DNA from: Orbicella franksi
Taxonomy: Eukaryota
DNA length: 64,000 nt
Reading direction: 5' to 3'
Assembly: GCA_964199315.1 (NCBI GenBank)
Contig: OZ116709.1
Span: 8,680,001-8,744,000 of the forward strand
In this document: piece after piece, positions 1 to 11,811 of the stretch
Layout of the letters: each line of letters begins with the position of its first letter
Numbering within the stretch: position 1 is the stretch's first letter
Position numbers and translations under genes: made by a program
Notes under the pieces: generated by a model
What the model was told of the DNA's origin: nothing
Database searches by the model: none
The model's input: only the letters and a program-made list of their open reading frames with translations

Positions 1-889
1 CATCTAAGAATACCATCAATAAGGTCGCACGAAATTTAAAGAGTGTTTTTTGGATGCTTTTTTACTGACGTCAGTTATGAAAAAAAAATAAAAAATAAAA
101 AAAAGATATCAAAAAGTTGGTAGCTGACATAAATAGAATAAAATGCCAGATAATCAGAGCGTAGCTGGGCGTAGCGTTTGGTCGTACCACCTTTTTCTAT
201 CTCACTTATCTGTTGATTTAGGATGATAAAAAACAGCAGAGTAAGTAAATAATTTGAGGTGCGTCTAGAATTGTTTGACCCAGTACCCTACTCACAAAGC
301 TTCTTCATTCTATTTTATAGGTACAGTCAAACCAACTTATTTTATTGTCACGCAACGTAGTCTATGAACTTCGTTTCCAGGGTGCTTCTTTGTTTCAGAT
401 AGCGGGAACGTACAAGAAAGAGGTATCCTTTCAATTGGGCATCAGCAAAGTACCAAGACGTTCAAACAAAATACAGACTTTTTTTTGGGTTCAGACACTT
501 AATAGACCAATTTCGATATATTAAAACGCAGCCTAAAACAAGAGACCTCAGCACGAGTAAGTTGGGGTTTATTCCCCAGAGCCTCGTGCTGAGGTCTATT
601 GTGTTAGGCTGAATTTTAATATGTCGAAATCGGTCTATTGAAAGCAACCTCGTTCCCAGGGCTTTCCCATGAAACGTGGTTGAACTGATAGATAGCTGTT
701 TGTGTAACTGCACAGCACGTGACCCATTCGGTTGACATTATTACAAATAAGTAAAAGTCTGAAAACGTGTACGAGAATGTGAATACACGGAATGAAACAC
801 CTGTGAGACTAGAAAAGTAGAAAGAAGGAAATAATAAATATATTCAGTAAAATATTATCATTTGTCTCACGATAAAGTTCCTTGAGATG

Positions 890-1185
890 TTGATTGCAAC
901 ATTTTCGATTGCTTAGGGTTGGTCTTCAACAGGCGATGAGCTCGACTACGTGGTCGATTACGACGAGGTCGCTTACGTGATACCATATTCAAATCACGGA
1001 CGTCGGCTGTAATTGGTGCATCTCGATCTTCCACAATTACATTGTTCCGGCGAAAAGACGTTCCCTCAGCGGTCCGCTGTTGTACCCCAGTCCCGTTGTT
1101 GTGTTTTTGACCGTGGGCATCCAAGTTTCAGGAATTTCAATTCCTATCGATGTTAGTAAGGTGAAGTCTTATGTGAACAGCACAT
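890..1185 (-). mobile_element. Degenerate 3' remnant of a Penelope-like (GIY-YIG) retroelement
   Basis: Minus strand reads AVHIRLHLTNIDR / GIEIPETWMPTV / KHNNGTGVQQRTAEGT...DRDAPITAD across frameshifts. This resembles the recalled C-terminus of cnidarian Penelope ORFs (IHIRLHPNNINRD-GIEIPEAWMP). Not verified by search. Confidence 0.45.
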
Positions 1186-1722
1186 TGTTTGACAAAAATC
1201 CACGTTTCAATCGACTAAATTACTAAGGCTGGAGCGCTCTCCTCAGATAAAGCGTGGGGAGACTGGGAAGAGGGATCTATATAGCCACAATTGTAAGCGA
1301 GAAGAGAAGCTTCCCGTCATCACTCCATTTCCTGTCAGACTAACGCCTTTGTGCACATTTGAATCGCTTTCATTACTGGTATGAATCATCTCATTTAAAT
1401 GATGTTTTTGATATTTTAATCGGAAAACCAAGTTTTAATTAAAACTTTTAAATAAGACTATAATGCTTATAAGGTTTTAACGCATGCAAGGCTTCAGTTG
1501 GATATTTTAAATAACAAATGCGCTATATAAATTAACTTTTATCAAATGTATGTATACAACTTGTATGAACACAACCTTACAAGTTTTGAGCTATCATTCT
1601 CGTCTTGTTTGAATGGAAGTTATCCATCAATTCGTACAATTTCTATATGCGTGACAGAATAAAGAACACTTGGCGTTACCTTTGAAAAGAAGAAAGCGTG
1701 ACAGTGCTCTCAGTTTTTAAAG

Positions 1723-2088
1723 TACCATTAACTGCCGCTTATAAGCGCCCAATCCTCCCCCCACCGCGCTTATAAACCCCCTAGTTTATAGACCCATCCT
1801 GACCTGTAAACCAAATAATGCATCCGGTTATAAGCCCCCTCCGGATACAAGCCCCCTCTATCTTTTTTTGTTTTAAATAAGTTTTATTATGATGAGTTAT
1901 AAAAAGCTTAATTAAAAAGAAGTAAATGAAAAACCTATTGCGATCAACACAGCTATGGCTCGTTTCGAAACGGTCTTTTTATTCCTGTTATAAGCCCCCT
2001 CGGATATAACCACTTCCGTTTATAAGCCCATCTAAAAGTCCTTAAAAAATAGTATAAGCCCAGGGCTTATAAGCGACAGCTTACGGTA
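1723..2088. mobile_element. MITE with ~27-bp imperfect TIRs and TA ends (Tc1/mariner/pogo-like)
   Basis: Starts TACCATTAACTGCCGCTTATAAGC and ends GCTTATAAGCGACAGCTTACGGTA; many internal TTATAAGCCCC motifs. Confidence 0.75.
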
Positions 2089-2244
2089 TTCCTTTATCAG
2101 GCCTTTTCTCGGTTTATATTTTTCCTTGACAACCATGATAGATTATTGAAAATAAATTCAGTAAAACTTACTTTGGCCCTTGGTAACTCATGACGAGAAT
2201 TCGTTCGTTAACGATTTATGTCAAAATAAACATTGGAATTTTAA

Positions 2245-2552
2245 ATATGGGAGTTGCGTCTTTTGAAAATGGGAGTTTGTTTTCTGAATATGGGAATTTG
2301 CGTTTGAATATGGGAGTTTATTTTTGAAAACTCAAACTCAAAACACGAACTCCCATATTAAACCCCTGCCATATTCAAAAGGTATTCTCCTATTCAAAAA
2401 ATAAACTCCCAGATTCAAAAAACAGACTCCAATTTTCTAAAACAACAAACTCCCACATTCAAAAACAAACTCCCACTTTCAAAAAAACAAACTCCCACTT
2501 TCAAAAAAACAAACTCCCATATTCAAAAACCAAACTCCCATTTTCAAAAGTC
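2245..2552. repeat. Fold-back array of ~20-bp units (CAAACTCCCATATTCAAAAA), head-to-head
   Basis: Left arm has ATATGGGAGTTT units; right arm has the complementary AAACTCCCA(T/C)(A/T)TTCAAAA units. Confidence 0.8.
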
Positions 2553-2731
2553 CAATGTTTATTTTGACAAAAATCGTTAACAAAAGAATTCCAGTCGTCA
2601 GGGACACCCAACGGATCTTTTCGGTAAATTATCTTTTCGGAAGGCCTTTAATCTCCTCGGATTTTCTTAAGAGAATTGTCACCTCGAACTTTCGTGATAT
2701 GAGAAATTTAATGTCTGTTGTTTTCGGATTG

Positions 2732-2785
2732 TTTTGGGTACCGAAAAAAGGTCAGCTATTTTGGGTACCGAAAAAAGGTCAGCTA
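2732..2785. repeat. Perfect 27-bp direct tandem duplication
   Basis: TTTTGGGTACCGAAAAAAGGTCAGCTA x2 (2732-2758, 2759-2785). Confidence 0.9.
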
Positions 2786-3172
2786 TCATTTTCGGAAAGG
2801 CGATAAGACGATAGGTTTTCGGGAAATGGACAGAAAAGCCCTACTAAATTCGAGAATACTCAAGTTCCCCTAGAATAACCGAACAGATAATTTTTTTTTT
2901 GGCGCAACCTAAAATTAACTTACAGAGCTTTAATAGCGCTCCAGATAGCCTAAATAGCGTTTAAAAGCATTTGAGAGAAAACGGTCGTTGGGTGCCCCTG
3001 AGTCATGACTTAAGGAAGCTTATCAGAACGTTTTTAATTAAATAATCCATCTTGGTCGTTAGAGCAAAAAGATAAGTCGAGAACAGACCTGATCGATGGG
3101 GAACAGGAATGTCTATGGGGCAATCCATAAAAAATTTCCATAGGAAAAAAATTGATTTACCTTTACCACCGA

Positions 3173-3413
3173 CTAATTTTATTTCTAAAACAGTTAGCAG
3201 AAAGCGTGGCTTTAGGTCATGTCATTAATATAATTTTCTTGCAGGCGAGGTTGGTTAGAAAAATTCACACGCTGGTTATTCACCACCGGCTACCGGCCGT
3301 TCCTCTACTACCGGCTAATTTTATTTCTAAAACAGTTAGCACAAAGCGTCGCTTTAGGTCATATTATAGAGATAATTTTCTTGTAGGCGAGGTTGGTTAG
3401 AAAAATTCACACG
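3173..3413. repeat. Tandem duplication, period 142 bp
   Basis: CTAATTTTATTTCTAAAACAGTTAGC...GGCGAGGTTGGTTAGAAAAATTCACACG at 3173-3271 and 3315-3413. Confidence 0.85.
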
Positions 3414-4636
3414 TTGGTTCTTTCAAACAGTCACACGTGTCTTCTTTGACAACTTGTAAATTATAAAAGCGAAAATAGAACGAGACACTAACAAGAAGCC
3501 ACGAGAGCGGGTATTGTTTTAGATGACAAAAGTAACGGCAGCGTTTATAAAAAAAAAAAAAAATACGAGACAAAAGAATCACCTTTTTGTTTGAATACCA
3601 CAATGGTGCAATTAAGTCGAAACAAGGGTTTTGTTTACCCCAATACACGTGGGCCCAAGGTGCAACACAAAATTTACCTACTAGTCTGGAAACTGAAGTA
3701 TTGATGATAGAAAACAACTCAAACTGTTCACGGACAAGAGAACAGCTAAATAAAGAGAATGGCTAGAGCGAGGACAACAATAACCACGAAAATCTCGATC
3801 TCTGAAAGACCTTCTCGAGAATTTTTTTAAATTTTCCTTATTCTTTACTAATCCTTCACAAGAGACTATAATCTCTCGTCATTCACAGGTAAAAATAGAT
3901 TTGTCTTGGTTATATTTCCCGTCCTTTCAAGTGAAAACTAACTCATCTGAATTTTCGAACTCAAATATTTAAAGAATTGGTACACTACTTATTAAACTTA
4001 TTATAGTAATTTAAATCGGCTTTTTTTCTTTCCGAGTCTTTTTTTTTTCGGAAATGAAAAACTTAATTTGTAAAATGTCGAATAAAGAATGGCGCCAAGA
4101 AGGCACAGTTTAAATTCAATTTGCTACCTGCTGTCAGTTATGAATACAATAAGAGCGGTTTTCCTTGTGGCGGTAACACAGCAGCCCCGCAAGCGGTGCA
4201 CTTTGAAATGTTTTTAAGAGACAATGGGCTTTAGAGTTTAATCGGGTCGTCAGCTTCTTTGATCTATTTTATGTGATTCGCGAATAATATTTTAGCCTGC
4301 GAGGGGTCACCTGTTTGGTGTGCTGGCAACGCGAGCGACTGAGAGCAGATGAACTGGTGGAAAAGCGCGCGACTGGTCTTTTGGAAGGGTAGGATGTGAT
4401 AATAAGTTGCACTTGCCGCCCGGCTACCAGAGATGCAGAGACAGCCTGTACGCACTTACACAATCAATAGTTCTAGCGTTTTTTATTGCTTATCTTTATA
4501 AAGACAGGCACATGATGAATTGTGTCCAAACAAACCGTCTGCTTTAGCGCGTGTTAAAAATAATTACTGCGTTTCCGGAGATAAAAACACGTAGCTGGTT
4601 TTAGTGTGCGTATGCGGTCCTTCGCCTAGATAGATC

Positions 4637-4797
4637 GAAAATGCATTTAGAAAAGTTAGTTTTTGAGAAGAGAGGAGACCCAGAGTACTCGAGAAAAAAA
4701 TCCTTGACGGGAAGAGAACCAACTTCAAACTCAACACACGCATGAATCCCGGAAGAAATGGAACCCAGGTCAGAAGAAAGGAAGTCAAACGCTAACG
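4637..4797 (-). mobile_element. Degenerate tRNA-derived SINE (reverse orientation)
   Basis: GAGTACTCGAGAAAAA...GAGAACCAAC..CAAACTCAAC.CAC..ATG...GAACCCAGGTC matches the recalled cnidarian SINE consensus, including the B-box complement. Confidence 0.55.
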
Positions 4798-5702
4798 TAT
4801 ACCTGCATGTTTCCCCTTGCTGAAGCACCTGCCGTATGTTCTGGACGTACTATTTTTCTTGTACTGTCTTTAAACAGACGAGATAACAGAAGCAGTAAAG
4901 AGGCCGGGCTCACTTCAGGCTCAAGTCCCAAAGTACCCCAGGCTGATTATAACTCTAGGACAACCCGACTTCCCAAGTACAGAGACCAGAAGGTCGAAGT
5001 ACATTAGAACTCCGTTTTACGAACACCTATTGTAGTTATTAGAGCCACGTTTTTTTTGACCCAAAGAAAAATCAGTAAGTCATTTTCTCGTTTTGACAGC
5101 CCTTTTTACACCATTATTTCGTTAAAAACATCAAATTTTGAAGAACTGAAAGCAATTAACGGGATTGTAATGTGGTTATCCAGTGCAGTTATTCTGCCTC
5201 TCCTATGCGGTACTTGGGCTTCATAGCGGTTCTCTCCGGATTAGCTGACCCAATGTCTGGCTAGAACACTAGACATTATAAAAAAGTTTTGATTGAATGA
5301 TTTTGATTGATATTGTGTGCCGCCTTCGAACAATCTCCCGCCACATTTGCCCTAAAGTAGGAGGACAAAGTGACAGGTTTACACATACAGTGTGTATGTT
5401 CTGAGCATAAGAGGGAACCCGCTCCTAATCTAACGCACTAGAAATTCACCTGCTACCTGTACCTAAAGTTAATTTCAGTGAACACTTCCCATACCAATAT
5501 GGCAACTTAAGCAGATGAGGTTTTTTTCTTTTGTAGCTGAATTACACTAAACTTAATTTTGCAAACTGAAGTGTCATCAGAGCATAGTTAACTATGATCA
5601 GAGAGGTTTGATTTTAAGGTCACTGATTACGCTGCTATGGAAATCAAGATCTACTCTAGTTGAAATTTCGGGAAACGAGCGAATGGATGACTGAATCTCC
5701 TC

Positions 5703-5860
5703 TTGTCTGTCTGTCTGACTCTGACTTACTTACTTAGTAAATGACTGCCCGACTGCCTCATGCACTGACTGACTGACTCACCAAATGAATGAGTGAATGA
5801 ATGACTGATTGAACGAACGAACGAACGAACGAACGATGATTGAATGAATGAATGAATTGG
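5703..5860. repeat. Compound tetranucleotide microsatellite (CTGT/TTAC/GACT/GAAT/GAAC)
   Basis: Directly visible. Confidence 0.9.
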
Positions 5861-8800
5861 ATGAACAATGCAAAACAGGAAAAACAAAATAAATCCATCC
5901 ACTAGGACAACTGATACTCCTTAGTATTGTAGAGTAAAGCAAACGATATAAGAACAAAGTCTTGGTCAATTAAATGTTACTCCAGGACTGTTTTTAAACG
6001 ACATTCGAACAGCAAAGTGAGCAAACGGAGCAGTGTGTCGCATCCAAATTAAAATCGTTTCTTTTTGCTTCAGGTCACTTCAGCTGATCAAAAATAAACC
6101 ATCTTTAGCAAAGTGTGTGTAACTGCCATCTTATAAAGGCGTCTATTGGAATCAAAATGTTACTGAGGTAGCGCTTTTCCTCATTAATTCATATCAAGTT
6201 GGCTACCGCAATAATCAGTGTAACTTGTAAGTCCACTGCAAATAGCCGACAGTAGAGAAGAATGCAAATGCCTTTAGTTAGTTACTGCTGAACTAAGCGA
6301 CAAACTAACTTGAGGTGAAGTTAAGTTTTGTGAAACCGGCGAGGAAAGAAGACCACTGCTAATTGTCAATGTTTCCTTTAACATTAACACCCTCGGCTAC
6401 TACGTGATGTCACGTACTCAGGCCTAAAGATCAACAGAAAAACCTTCGTGACGAGCTTAATAGAATTTAAGATTTGGGAGGCCGCAAACAGAAACCACCT
6501 TGCTCGGACAGAAGTATGGCAAAAGTTGTTCATAAGCGTATCTGAAAAAAAAAATCATTAAAATTTGTTTGCCGGTATCCTTAGTGCAAGGTAACAATAC
6601 TGTTTGAGACGTCTTCTTTTAACAGATTAGCTCTTTTGTGAAAGGGCCTTTAGGATTAGAACTGAACCTGTAACATTAACGTACTGGGTGTGAAAAGAGA
6701 CCAGACTTGGAAAGTTTGGTACGTGCCAACAACAAGGTTTTGGCTTGGCTACAACGGCGGTGCCTCAGAAACTGACTTACTAAGTCCACTCTTAATTCTG
6801 TTAAAAAGATCACAACACTCCGTGTTTTTCAACAGTTTAAATGCCTTTGCTCTGAAGCAAGAGACTATTTCATAGTTTCTTGTCTAAAGATAAAGAAAAA
6901 TAAAGTACCATTGAACTGAAAACTCGGAGAGTTGCTGTGAGTGGTGGAATTTTCTCTCAATGCCACAAGTTCACACTATTACGAGTTCGATTTCATTCTT
7001 GGCTTGCCTGCAAAGCTGGCGAGTTTCGCGTACGTGAGAATTCTTTGTTTCAGTGACACAGTCTCTATACACTGGCTAATTTTTGGCCTATTGACAACAA
7101 CATTTACCACAAAGGACACAATTACGCACAAACAAACACTTATTTCACTGGTAGTCGGCTTGCGTAGCAAAATCATTGAACTAATGAAGTAGAACTGTGT
7201 TTAACAAGTGCCGCCGACAAGTTTCATTTATCCTCTCGTCAAAAGCCCTTTTGTTCTTTTTTGTTTCCTTCCAATGAAAAGGCCAAACATAGATCACAAA
7301 AAACAGGCTGTGTTTAAACAGTCTCCCAAGCAAAAACACGTAAAAGCCAAATATCATTAGATCAGGCAGAACTCTATTGAATAAACTAGTCTAATTTCAC
7401 TTCAATGTCGAATGACAATTTTTTTGAGATATCTTTGTAGTCTCTTTTACTTGTAAATAAAACAATGGTCTTGGCACGCGTACGCGTGTCAATAGAGAAA
7501 TCAACCCCAACGGCACGCGCCCAACAAAACACCATCAATATGGTTTCCTAGCAAAAAGTAATTTGGCATGCAAAGTCCAACGCATGTTGGGACAGATGTC
7601 TTTCCGTCAAACATTAATTGCACAGTATGGGGCTTAATCCACATTTCCATTTTAAATTTCATTAGGAAAGAATAAAAGAATGCATGTTCTCAGCCAAGCT
7701 TTGATTATTCCGACGCAACTGGCCTGTGTCTGGGTTTTTCTTTTAGCTCTTGGCCAAACTCGAATGATTTGGGAACACGTTGCTTGTAAGTGAAGTTAAT
7801 ACGAAGCGAATACTCACCAACTGAAGAGTTCTTATATGCAAGGGCTGAGCGAATGCATGGACGCACAATAAACCGAATTTAGTTCGTGATAAAAGTAAAA
7901 CCGTCTCGTTTTGATCAGCCTTTAGAGAGCATTGAATAACCTCTTTCGGCAACCTGCACGAAACCACAGGACTTTTTGAAACGTCACTAAGGTAATTTAA
8001 AAACTCGGTAAAACTGGAGGTTCTACGTTTTGTTAACAGTTTCCATCTTTTTACTAAGTTTTTTTTTGAAATTAGAATTTTGAAGAAGACGGATGAGTGT
8101 CTTCAGTGTTGTCATCAACAGCGTCCTTAAACAGATCGGCCACCGTATATTTTTACACTTTTAGATGTGGAAATATGCACGCCACGTGAGAGAATAATAC
8201 GATTATCTCTTCTTATAAACCCTTTTAGCGTTTATCCTGGTTTCCTAGGCACCAAACATGTAATGTTTGTCACTCACTCAAGTACCCATTATCAAAGAAA
8301 TTGGCTTAAGCTTAAAGGGCAAAATACCCTAGTAAAGGTGAAATAAAGTGTATTGTTTTAACAGCTTATCACTAATGGAATACCCACACAAGCAATAATA
8401 TAATACCAGACCACGAGCTAGGAGCATGGATTTGTTGTTATTCACGTTAGTGAAGCAAAAAGTACCAATGACCTCTGTCTGAAGGAAGTGTGTCGTGGCT
8501 TACAGGAAACCTTTTTTTTTTCGTTCTTGTAACCTTTTCAATCCGACGTAAAATTACCTCACAAATTATTACTTAGTAAATACTTCGTTAGTTCCTCTTG
8601 ATTAAATGAATCTAAAATTCTGTTTGGCGAATACCCTCGTAACCAAAGTAACTCGTAAGACTCTTTGAATTGTCGTCGACGTTAATGAGTTTGTCTATTA
8701 ATATCAAAGAAAATCAAACAATATTCATAATAGAGATTTATCTAAATTAAAGCGATTAAACTTTAAGGGGGCGAAAGCAAACAGTACAGTGGCAACCAAA

Positions 8801-11416
8801 TTTACACGGAATCATGAAATGTAGTTATTTCTTTGGAAATAAGATATATTGAATTGCCACAAGGCTATATTTTACTCCCTAAAACAAAAGTAAACTATGT
8901 CAGAAATGCGTGTTATTTAGGTTTAAGGATTAAGAAAATATTTTGGAGCTGAAAGTGGCTATTGTCTACTTTGAAGGAGGGCTTTAAAAGTGTCTTTTAT
9001 ATTGTTTCCTGTTTCGTCAAATAATGGTCTTGCTGAAAGGTTTAAATTTATGTATAATAATCTAGAGTGCAAAGTTTAACAGAAGCAAAATCCCAAGGAT
9101 TAGCTAAGACATGAGGCCTGCGGGTTATTTCCGTTACAAGAATGACTCATTAAGGTGTTTTACTTTCGGTCCCTCGTGGAATGTTATTTTTCCTGTAATC
9201 AACTTGTCTTAAACAAAAAGAGAACTGAAAACCTTTCACCCTTGTTGATAAGAAAACAGCTATCGAGTGTGTGCTTTATTCGTAACTGAAGTTTCTCAAA
9301 AGTATTTCCCGGCAAAAACTTGGAGTAGTTCCATTTTTTTTTTGTAGTTTTACACGATTGCACCTGGACTCAATGAAGGAACATTACTTGAACGAGCTAG
9401 ATTTTCCCTTGTTCAGGGTCAAAATAGATGCGTAGGCACTTAAAAGTCCACGCGGAATTTAATGACGTAGAAATATAGGATATCGTGTTGATGGCTTATG
9501 AAAATAATGCTGTTATCCTTCATTATAAATCAATTCATAGCCCTTACGTGTCAGAAACCGCATAGTTGTAGCATAAAAAAATACAAATAAACAAATAAAC
9601 AAAACAAGGGGGCAGAAATGGCAAAAATTTTGATGATCGTATTAGTTTCCGTCGAGAGCCTGCTAAAATTAAAAAAAAAACCCGTGCTGAACAAAACAAA
9701 AAAGAAAAGTTGCAAATCTAAATAATTTGATAACATTATCCGTCCGGCGCGTGGTGCAAAGATTATTCAAAGTCTGGACATCGGGGAATAACTGAGTTAC
9801 TTAACAGTTTCGATTCGCCACAGCTATTAACAGCTCACTCGTTTTAGATGGTAACACGCAAACAAGGGATTATATAAATCAGTATCAGTGGATTAAAGTC
9901 TTTGAAACGGTTTTCCATGACCCTAACTCATTTTTGGTGAATCCGTGGGTTAAAGCTTTTAGCATGCTAGCCTTCTTAATTCTAACTGATTTCCACTTGG
10001 TCGCCAGCTGTTACAACCGAGCGCCGATAACTGCGGTTTAACTTTTTTTAACACTTTACTTTGGTAATGAGACATCCTTGACGCCCTTGCTTGGTAGCTT
10101 CACTTCAGTTGATATTTAAAAATGAGTGCATCGTGATATCGCTGAATTGGTTTGCAGCTGAATTGGCCACACACCAAGCAATGACTGAACAGTCTGTAAC
10201 CCAGCTTAAATACTTTCTCAGCGGGACTTTCTGAGCCCATATTCTGTGGCGGGAAGAAAAAAAAAAAAATTCCGTCCATAACTATACCGGGAGGTTAGTA
10301 TATTTTAACTATTGTTACGTCTGGGGCGCTTTTGTTTCTGTCTTCTCCGTTTCCTTTTGCTGTTTCAACACGAAAAATATTCACTTTGTTTTGTTGCTCC
10401 TATCAATTCACAAATTAGCATGAGTCATTTTGCGAAACGTGTGAGTGATAAACATTTGGAAGTTAATCCTTTTTTTTTAACAGAAAAAATCGTCCGAACT
10501 TTTTGAAAAGTTTTTAAAACTTTAGAGCGGGTAAAAAAACCGCGTAGCAAATTTGTGGGTGAACTGCTCTGTCGTTAATATTTAATATAACATGGTCTGG
10601 AAAGTAGCTATTTCGCAGTTCGTGAAACAAAAACTTCTCATTCCTTATTCATTTTTTGGTACTGGACTCCAAAAGTTGCGTTTTATAAATCCTAAAACAC
10701 GTTTTTAGGAAGCTTTTAGAGCAGGTAAGGAGTACGTGAGGAGAAACGTAATCTTTATTGGTTTAGTCCAGGATGTAAATAGGCATGTGTCAATCAGTGA
10801 CAAGAACTGACGTAAATCAAGGGCCTTTCCTTCGTAATTCGTTTATCTTTATTTTTCGAAAGGGTAATTTTTTTCTCTTTTGAGTAGAGAATTAGTATTC
10901 AAACTATGATGGTTTTCTTGATTAGTTTTTCAACGCTAACGCGAGACAATGGTCGTGTTAGCATGGTTACACAAATTGTTGTGGTTGAGTGCACTCTATT
11001 CAGCTCGAGTACAAAACAAATTGAGATATGGTTGTTTTGTTTTGTCCTAATTTCAGGCCGCGTTCATGCTCCCAGAGGACTCGTTGAATTTTCTCAACTG
11101 TCAGAATTTTCTGAGCATCTACAGATCCGGAAATACTTGGTTATGTTGACCTTGTAAAATCGCTTCTGTATTGTCTTGACAGTATTATGTGCGCGTTCAA
11201 GCAACCTGCCATTCTCATTCAAATTCATTGTGTAATTCTCTTTTCAAGCAAAATATCCAAGTAATTCTTTCGCGGATAATTTTGGTGTAATGTTCTTTGT
11301 TATGGGCTGTCCAAGTCCGCCTTCTTCACGCGGCAAATTGATTGTCTTGACAATAGCTATTTAAAGGCGAACAGGAAATGACAAAAACGTCATGCGTTAT
11401 TAGGCTCCGAAGACAA

Positions 11417-11550
11417 CTTTGATGGGCTTTTGACAGCTGCTCGGCCAATCGCCTCGCTAATAGTTTCATTACAGTAATTGAGCAGTACGCCTAAGTGATT
11501 TATGAATGTCCACTAGTGAGCGACATTAGGTCTCTATGGTGTATAAATAA
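11417..11550 (+). promoter_or_regulatory. Candidate Tbx4/5 core promoter: TCF-like CTTTGAT (11417), CCAAT (11445), TATAAAT (11542)
   Basis: Motif order and spacing are plausible for a TSS near 11570, about 240 nt before the ATG at 11812. These short motifs could also occur by chance. Confidence 0.35.
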
Positions 11551-11811
11551 AATCGTTTAATGATTGATTACAACAGCAAAACTCTATCCTCGAACTTGCC
11601 GGGCTGTTTATCTGTTTGACTCGCGTCGGGGTCTTGGGTCAACCGCGCGCTGTGCCAGGTTAACTCTCAGCGCGATTAAACTGACCACGCAATTTGCTGG
11701 ACATACACTCGCTCAGGCGAATTTGGTGATATCGCGCCAACAAAACTCTCGCTCTAGCTTTGCATTTAGAAACACCCAAACTCTCGAGAGCCGTTAAGCT
11801 TTTCTTGTACT

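Noticed and set aside
867-1431. Plus-strand exon-like segments (GDELDYVVDYDEVAYVIPY*, IKRGETGK...LSLL)
   Set aside because: They cannot be joined into a consistent gene; the minus-strand retroelement reading explains the 890-1185 part better.
2245-2552. CRISPR-like array of short repeats
   Set aside because: No unique spacers, repeats switch orientation, no cas genes, and the context is eukaryotic.
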